The position numbers and the translations under genes were made by a program. Shown here piece by piece: positions 58,555 to 64,000 of a stretch of 64,000 nt of DNA (within the stretch, counting starts at the first letter, position 1; every line of letters starts with the position of its first letter). This DNA comes from Candidatus Cloacimonadales bacterium (lineage in GTDB: Bacteria; Cloacimonadota; Cloacimonadia; Cloacimonadales; JAFGVF01), in NCBI GenBank assembly GCA_963677495.2, contig CAXXOU010000001.1, positions 768,001 to 832,000 of the forward strand, in the 5' to 3' direction. A model generated the notes under the pieces. It made no database searches, was not told the DNA's origin, and was given only the letters and a program-made list of their open reading frames with translations.

Positions 58555-60313
58555 TAAAAGTAGAACCTTTATTTACCTCACTTTCAACCTCAATCTTTCC
58601 ACCGGATCTGATTAAGTAATCATGACTCAAATAAAGTCCTAATCCGGCACCTTTCTCCGAGTTAGTACCAAATGTTGATTTGTCCTGTTCCAGTAAAAAG
58701 AGCTTTTCCATAACCTCTTCAGACATACCAACACCAGTGTCTTTTATTGTTATTTTTGCGAAATCTTCATCTACTTGTGCTGAAAGGGTAATCCTTCCGT
58801 TATCAGGAGTAAATTTTGCAGCATTTCTTAATATGTTTCTTAGCACAATTGATGGAACATTTTTATCTCCATACACCTCTATATCATCATTGACATGATT
58901 AATCAAAACTATATTCTTTTTGTCAATAAAGGATCTGTTTAGGTTAACAACATCATCAAGAATAGGTAACAAGTTGAAATTATCAGGTTTTAGTGCTTCA
59001 TTCTTAAGACTATTCTTACCCCATTGGAGCAAGTTATCTAATAAGAAAACAGTTGATTTAGTATCACTATGAAGTTCATTAACTATGATTTCTAACTCTT
59101 CACTAGATAACTCAAGGTTCATTTGAAGCATCTCAAGAACTGCATAGATATTATTAATCGGTCCTCTTAGGTCATGAGCAATCACTGAATAAAGCTTATC
59201 CCTTACAACTATAGCTTTGGCTAACTCTTCATTTTTTAACTTGTAAAGCTCTTTATCCATCTGATGCTCTTTCGTTTTATGCTTTATTTGCAGTTCGGCT
59301 AGTTTTTGCTTATGGAGTTTCTTATTATATTCATCATGAGCTAACTTCTGTTCTTTAAGAAAATAGTAGGCCTTCTCAAAGTCTTTTGCTTGCTCATAAG
59401 CTCTTGTTATAATCTCAAGCGCACTAAAAACTAGCTGTGTATATGATGCTTCTTTTGCAAGTTTTAACCCATATTCAGTAGCTTCAACCGCTTCATCATA
59501 AGATTCAAGCAGAAGATTACATTCTCCAAGATTAACATAGCTTCGTGCAAGTGAGCGAATATCATTGGTTTCAGCTTTAAGTTCAATAGACTTCTCGAAA
59601 TACTCTTTACCTTGATTATAATTGTTCAATGATGCTTCAATAATACCTAAATTATTGTATATATTGGAGATGCCGTTATAATCGTTTAGCTTCTTGAAAG
59701 ATTCTAAACCTTCAATGTAGAGCTCTTTAGCTTTTAGATAATTGCATGTTCTGTTATATATTGATCCCAAGTTTATTAAAATGTTGTTTATAAACAATGC
59801 TTTTTGCTCATAATCACTTTCATTAGTGTTTAATAGCTTTTTGCCCTCTTGGAAACATATTTTAAACTGTTCTTCAGCATGTTTAAAGTCTTGCAAATGA
59901 AAGTATATAATACCAAAGTCATTCTTAATAAGCAGATTAACATATTTCTCTGAATCTGGACACTTGTCTTGGGCTATATAGAGATTACTAAAGGATTCTT
60001 CATAGTTAGAACGCTGATATTCAATAACAGCTATTTTTCTATAAAGCATAGCAAGATGTCCACTTTGTTTATCAGGTTCATCTTTATCGTTGAGAATGAG
60101 GTTAATAAATTTAAGGACAATCTCATATTTAGTGTAGGCAATTAACTCATCACAGAAATCATGAACAAAAAACCAATAGTCATTATTATCTGCTTTTTTA
60201 AGAGCTTCTAAAACAGTTTCGCATGCAACTTCTGTTTCACTTAATAGTTGAGTTTTTGCACTATCATATAATGCCTGTAACGCTTCATTATTGAAACTTC
60301 TATTCATCCCCAT
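58496..60313 (-). CDS. Cytoplasmic TPR histidine kinase
   Basis: Multiple TPRs (NNLG, NLG); VIAHDLRGP; NAAKFT; DTGVG; GAGLGL. Confidence 0.92.
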   Translation of the reverse strand: MGMNRSFNNEALQALYDSAKTQLLSETEVACETVLEALKKADNNDYWFFVHDFCDELIAYTKYEIVLKFINLILNDKDEPDKQSGHLAMLYRKIAVIEYQRSNYEESFSNLYIAQDKCPDSEKYVNLLIKNDFGIIYFHLQDFKHAEEQFKICFQEGKKLLNTNESDYEQKALFINNILINLGSIYNRTCNYLKAKELYIEGLESFKKLNDYNGISNIYNNLGIIEASLNNYNQGKEYFEKSIELKAETNDIRSLARSYVNLGECNLLLESYDEAVEATEYGLKLAKEASYTQLVFSALEIITRAYEQAKDFEKAYYFLKEQKLAHDEYNKKLHKQKLAELQIKHKTKEHQMDKELYKLKNEELAKAIVVRDKLYSVIAHDLRGPINNIYAVLEMLQMNLELSSEELEIIVNELHSDTKSTVFLLDNLLQWGKNSLKNEALKPDNFNLLPILDDVVNLNRSFIDKKNIVLINHVNDDIEVYGDKNVPSIVLRNILRNAAKFTPDNGRITLSAQVDEDFAKITIKDTGVGMSEEVMEKLFLLEQDKSTFGTNSEKGAGLGLYLSHDYLIRSGGKIEVESEVNKGSTFTIYFPCNKEVFLKAIEQSN

Positions 60314-60331
60314 ATTTCCTTCCTATGCAAA

Positions 60332-61681
60332 TCAACTTTGCTTATTAAGTTCCTCTAGAATTTTATCTTTATCCATTTCTGGATGTTCAAGCCAGAGTTC
60401 TCGAGCTTTCTTTAGATACACTCCAATTATTTCACCTTCCTGGATTCGAAATGCATCCATTATATCATGCCCTGTGAGAGGAAATGGTGTTTTGTTATAC
60501 TCCTCTTTAATCTTGTTTATCCGCTTCCATAAACACTCTGCCTGATTAGGCATATTAAATTCAGGTGCATGTGATATATTGTCAGCATGAACTAATTGAA
60601 TCAACTTGTCAATCAATTCCCCGATTTCGTAAAAGATTTTCCTAAGTCTCTTATCTGTCAAGTTTTCCGCACAATTACCACTATTTTTAAATCGCATATG
60701 ATTTTTAACAAGTGCAGATACATGTAAAATGAACTGCTTTGAATATCTCAAATCCGATAACATTTCATATGCCAATTTGGCACTGTAACTCTCATGTTTA
60801 TAGAAATGTACACCCTTCTCATCCACTGTTCTACAGCACTGCTTCCCAACATCGTGCAATAAAGCTGCTATTCTTACTTCAAGGTCAGCGGGAGAGTTTT
60901 CAACTACTGCAATAGTATGATTCCAAACATCAGCAAAATGATATTTATTCTGTTCAAGATTCTTTAATCCCTTGAGTTGAGGTAGAACATACTCCATAAC
61001 ACCTGTATCCAACATGAGATTCAATCCATACCCTACATTATTTCCAACCATAATCTTGGTTAATTCATCTTTTATTCGTTCTTTAGAGATATATTCAAGT
61101 TTGTTTACATGTTTCATCAAACCTGATAATGTGTTCTCTTCAATCGAATAGTTAAATCTGGCTGCAAATCTTATGGCACGAAGAATTCTTAATGGGTCTT
61201 CAACAAAAATTATATCAGGGTCTGAAGTTGAACGAATAATCCCATTATTAATATCACTGATGCCCAATTCACTAATATCAAGAATCTCTCCACTTACAAC
61301 TTCCTGTAACAGGGAATTTATTGTGAAATCTCTTCTGTAAATGTCATCTTCAATTGTTCCTGATTCTACATCAGGCTTCCTTGATTTATCTCGATAAGAC
61401 TCTTTCCTGGTCATTACGAATTCAACGTTATAACCATCTATCCTAATCATTGAAGTGCCGAAGTTTTCAAAAACGATTGGTTCTGAACTAATACCTTGTT
61501 CATATAGGTATTGTGATAAAAGAATACCACCGTTAGGTATAGATACAACTATATCCATATCTTGTGATTGGTGCTGTTTACCCATTATAATGTCGCGAAC
61601 ATACCCCCCTACAAGATATGTCTTACCATCAAATTCAGTACCAACTATACATTTCTTTATTAATTCTCTTACTTTATCCAA
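60332..61681 (-). CDS. cca: CCA-adding tRNA nucleotidyltransferase (class II) with HD domain
   Basis: LVGGYVRD, DMD, RRDFTINS, EDPLRILRAIRF, ALLHDVGK. Confidence 0.85.
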   Translation of the reverse strand: MDKVRELIKKCIVGTEFDGKTYLVGGYVRDIIMGKQHQSQDMDIVVSIPNGGILLSQYLYEQGISSEPIVFENFGTSMIRIDGYNVEFVMTRKESYRDKSRKPDVESGTIEDDIYRRDFTINSLLQEVVSGEILDISELGISDINNGIIRSTSDPDIIFVEDPLRILRAIRFAARFNYSIEENTLSGLMKHVNKLEYISKERIKDELTKIMVGNNVGYGLNLMLDTGVMEYVLPQLKGLKNLEQNKYHFADVWNHTIAVVENSPADLEVRIAALLHDVGKQCCRTVDEKGVHFYKHESYSAKLAYEMLSDLRYSKQFILHVSALVKNHMRFKNSGNCAENLTDKRLRKIFYEIGELIDKLIQLVHADNISHAPEFNMPNQAECLWKRINKIKEEYNKTPFPLTGHDIMDAFRIQEGEIIGVYLKKARELWLEHPEMDKDKILEELNKQS

Positions 61682-61870
61682 TGTCGCCCCTGCGTTTTTT
61701 TACATTGAATAAAACAAAACCTTGTATAAAGTCAATCTTTATTGTATAAAAGCAAGCTTGAATGTACCTATAACATGTTTCAAGTGTATCCAAAATGGTT
61801 ATAAGTAGTTACCTCTTTTTACCTTCCATTTTTTCATTATGTATGTGGCTGCTGATCAATGGCATACCCG

Positions 61871-61953
61871 ACCACGGGTTGACCACGGGTAATCCACGGG
61901 TTAACCACGACTCGCGTGGTTAACCCGTGGATTACCCGTGGCTCAGCCGTGGT
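61871..61953. repeat. Long palindrome built from 11-bp-period CCACGG units
   Basis: Perfect 27-bp arms 61883-61909 / 61915-61941 with a 5-nt loop; four units per arm. Confidence 0.9.
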
Positions 61954-62065
61954 TAAATCACACTTTTGTACTTGTCAGTTACTCGATTAGACCTGAAGAT
62001 TGTCTTGTATTATTAGTCAGTTAAATATCTAAAGTGTATGAATAGACTCCATATTCGAGAAATAT

Positions 62066-62812
62066 CTATTTACGTAGAGAAGCTTTACTAAGCTTATTCT
62101 TTGGAATCTCTACATCAAAATCTATCTCATCAATAATCCACTCTGTACCTTTTCCCTTTTTGAGAACATCCTTGAATGTGATACTTTTTGGATAATAGCG
62201 ACCCTTCACTTCCATGACCTCATTGATAACAGCTGTCTTAAGCAGCTTTCCGCTCTTAGCGTATCTTTCCTCTTTCATAGGTAAATAGACCTCTTTATCA
62301 ACCCAAAGCATTCTCGTTGGATAAGAGATTTTCTTCACTTTTGTCTTAAGATTTATAATCCAACAATCATGACCATTTATAATCTCTTCACCCGTAATCT
62401 TAGCATCGTATAAGTCAGATAACTTTGATTCCTCCATAAAATCTTCGTATGAAAGGTCTGAGCCCATTACCGACTGTCTAAGCATATTACCTGATAACTG
62501 GATTGTTCGGTCAGAAGATGGCTCGTAAATCCAAAGTTTATTGCCAAGTTTAAGCATCTTTGTGCCTGCATCACGTGGAGGAGATAAGTATTCAGAAAAT
62601 GAGTTTTGATCTCCTTCTGCATAACTCTGAGTAGTCATTGTTCTCTGTCCTCTACGTGTATAGACTACCATTGTTGACTTTGTTACACTTGATTTTGCAT
62701 ACATATTACTGTCAATTTTGCGAACAATAGAATTTGCATCTATTGGCTCTTCTGCACTAACAATCATACAGGTTAGTGATATCAAAATTGCTATAATTAT
62801 CTTCTTAATCAT
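62066..62812 (-). CDS. Outer-membrane lipoprotein-sorting (LolA-like) protein
   Basis: Signal peptide; SPPRDAGTKMLK, LWIY.P, MGSDLSYED. Confidence 0.88.
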   Translation of the reverse strand: MIKKIIIAILISLTCMIVSAEEPIDANSIVRKIDSNMYAKSSVTKSTMVVYTRRGQRTMTTQSYAEGDQNSFSEYLSPPRDAGTKMLKLGNKLWIYEPSSDRTIQLSGNMLRQSVMGSDLSYEDFMEESKLSDLYDAKITGEEIINGHDCWIINLKTKVKKISYPTRMLWVDKEVYLPMKEERYAKSGKLLKTAVINEVMEVKGRYYPKSITFKDVLKKGKGTEWIIDEIDFDVEIPKNKLSKASLRK

Positions 62813-62814
62813 CT

Positions 62815-63999
62815 CTATTCCATCTCCTTAAACAGTTGAGAAGTTTGTCTTTTATATATTGCTCTCCCGGCTAAAACTGCACCTAATGTTGAAGCAATTA
62901 TACCGGGTATGAATCCAATCACATAGCTCATGAAATCTACCTTTGCACCAAACTCATTAGTCATCATAATAGATGAATTCTTCATGTAATGAGAGATATC
63001 AATAGGGTGGTATTGCAAGTAGTAGGAAATCGCTAATCCTATTGCCGTACCAAGTATTGAACCAACTACACCTAAGATTATAGCTTCATAAATCATCGAT
63101 AGGTATACATGTTTTTTGGACTCTCCAATTGCTAAGCGTACACCTATCTCCCCATACCGTCTGATACCATTTAGTAGGCCTGAGTTCCATAGTACGATGG
63201 CAACCATAAGCATAAGCCCGAATGTCATAATGCCAACAGATTGCTTTGTCATACCAATCATAAATCCTAGTGTTTCATCGTCTTCAAGAATTCTCATATA
63301 GGGAGAGAACTCATCACTCTTATCATTGTAACTTTGGTTGAATCTATCTTTTATCTTGTTTACTGTGTCAGTATCATAGTCGCCATCCTTTAAGAAACAG
63401 AATACTTCTCCTGTGGCATTTTCCATATCCAACAAACCAGATATTGCACTGTTGTCTATCATAACAGCACCACGGTCAAGTGCCTGTACTCCAAACTTAA
63501 CAGTACCAACAATGTTATAGTTTCTAATACTCATAGAACCATACATAGTCGAGGTAATCAAAGATACTTCTCTACCAAGTTCAATATTGAACTTCTCGAA
63601 TAGGTTATCTGATACAAGAATCTCTTCACTGTTTTCAGGTAGTCTACCTTTAATCAGGCTTGAGTTCAGATTGAAGCGTTCATGCTCTTTTCTATCATGT
63701 ATTAGGTTAAGTGCAATGCCCATGAAATCAGATTGTGAGATTGTATTACCTGTTGAATCAGGTAGGTCAATTAAGCCACCAAAGTAGGTTCTTGGAGCAT
63801 AGCTAATCTCAGGGAACTCCTTATCAAGTTTTACAAACAACTGATCAGTTTCTGTTAGGCAAAGGTCATAAGGCTTCTGCTTAATCATCTCTTCATAGGC
63901 ATTCGTAACTATCTTAAGATGCCCTAAATCTAAGTCTGCAGTCTTTGCTATCACTTGTGATAAAACTCCAACTGCCCAACACCACATAAATACTATCAA
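62815..63999 (-). CDS. ABC transporter permease, FtsX/MacB/LolE-like (5'-truncated by the window edge)
   Basis: Large periplasmic loop; RRYGEIGVRLAIGE..; C-terminal TM helices. Confidence 0.88.
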   Translation of the reverse strand: MIVFMWCWAVGVLSQVIAKTADLDLGHLKIVTNAYEEMIKQKPYDLCLTETDQLFVKLDKEFPEISYAPRTYFGGLIDLPDSTGNTISQSDFMGIALNLIHDRKEHERFNLNSSLIKGRLPENSEEILVSDNLFEKFNIELGREVSLITSTMYGSMSIRNYNIVGTVKFGVQALDRGAVMIDNSAISGLLDMENATGEVFCFLKDGDYDTDTVNKIKDRFNQSYNDKSDEFSPYMRILEDDETLGFMIGMTKQSVGIMTFGLMLMVAIVLWNSGLLNGIRRYGEIGVRLAIGESKKHVYLSMIYEAIILGVVGSILGTAIGLAISYYLQYHPIDISHYMKNSSIMMTNEFGAKVDFMSYVIGFIPGIIASTLGAVLAGRAIYKRQTSQLFKEME

Positions 64000-64000
64000 T

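Overview
AT-rich bacterial chromosomal window. The gene content (PorU-like and gingipain-like C25 proteins, FlgD-type C-terminal domains, butyrate kinase, HydF) suggests an anaerobe of the FCB superphylum, probably Candidatus Cloacimonadota (inference). Most of it is housekeeping, envelope and signalling genes: buk, comEC, mfd, obgE, dprA, xseA, znuACB, a CCA-adding enzyme, aspA-hydF, TPR histidine kinases and glycosyltransferases. The accessory stretch at about 6.6-17.6 kb is the most interesting part. (i) Two divergent paralogues of an unknown ~150-aa family share a perfect 23-bp upstream motif and an identical 17-bp RBS/start context, and each lies between two copies of a repeat block (heptamer arrays for one, palindromic REP arrays for the other, which also enclose a Y1/HUH RAYT-like transposase). 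(ii) The two 23-bp motifs face outward and bracket a candidate defence island: an SPPY DNA methyltransferase convergent on an SMC-like ABC ATPase, a wHTH-like protein and a PD-(D/E)xK nuclease. (iii) A nested mosaic of many different REP-like hairpins lies at 17.0-17.55 kb. Separately, several intergenic regions carry dispersed elements with 11-bp periodicity, two of them with a near-identical head-to-head DnaA-box pair. I recognised no tRNA, rRNA or CRISPR array. All calls were made by eye from motifs, without database searches.
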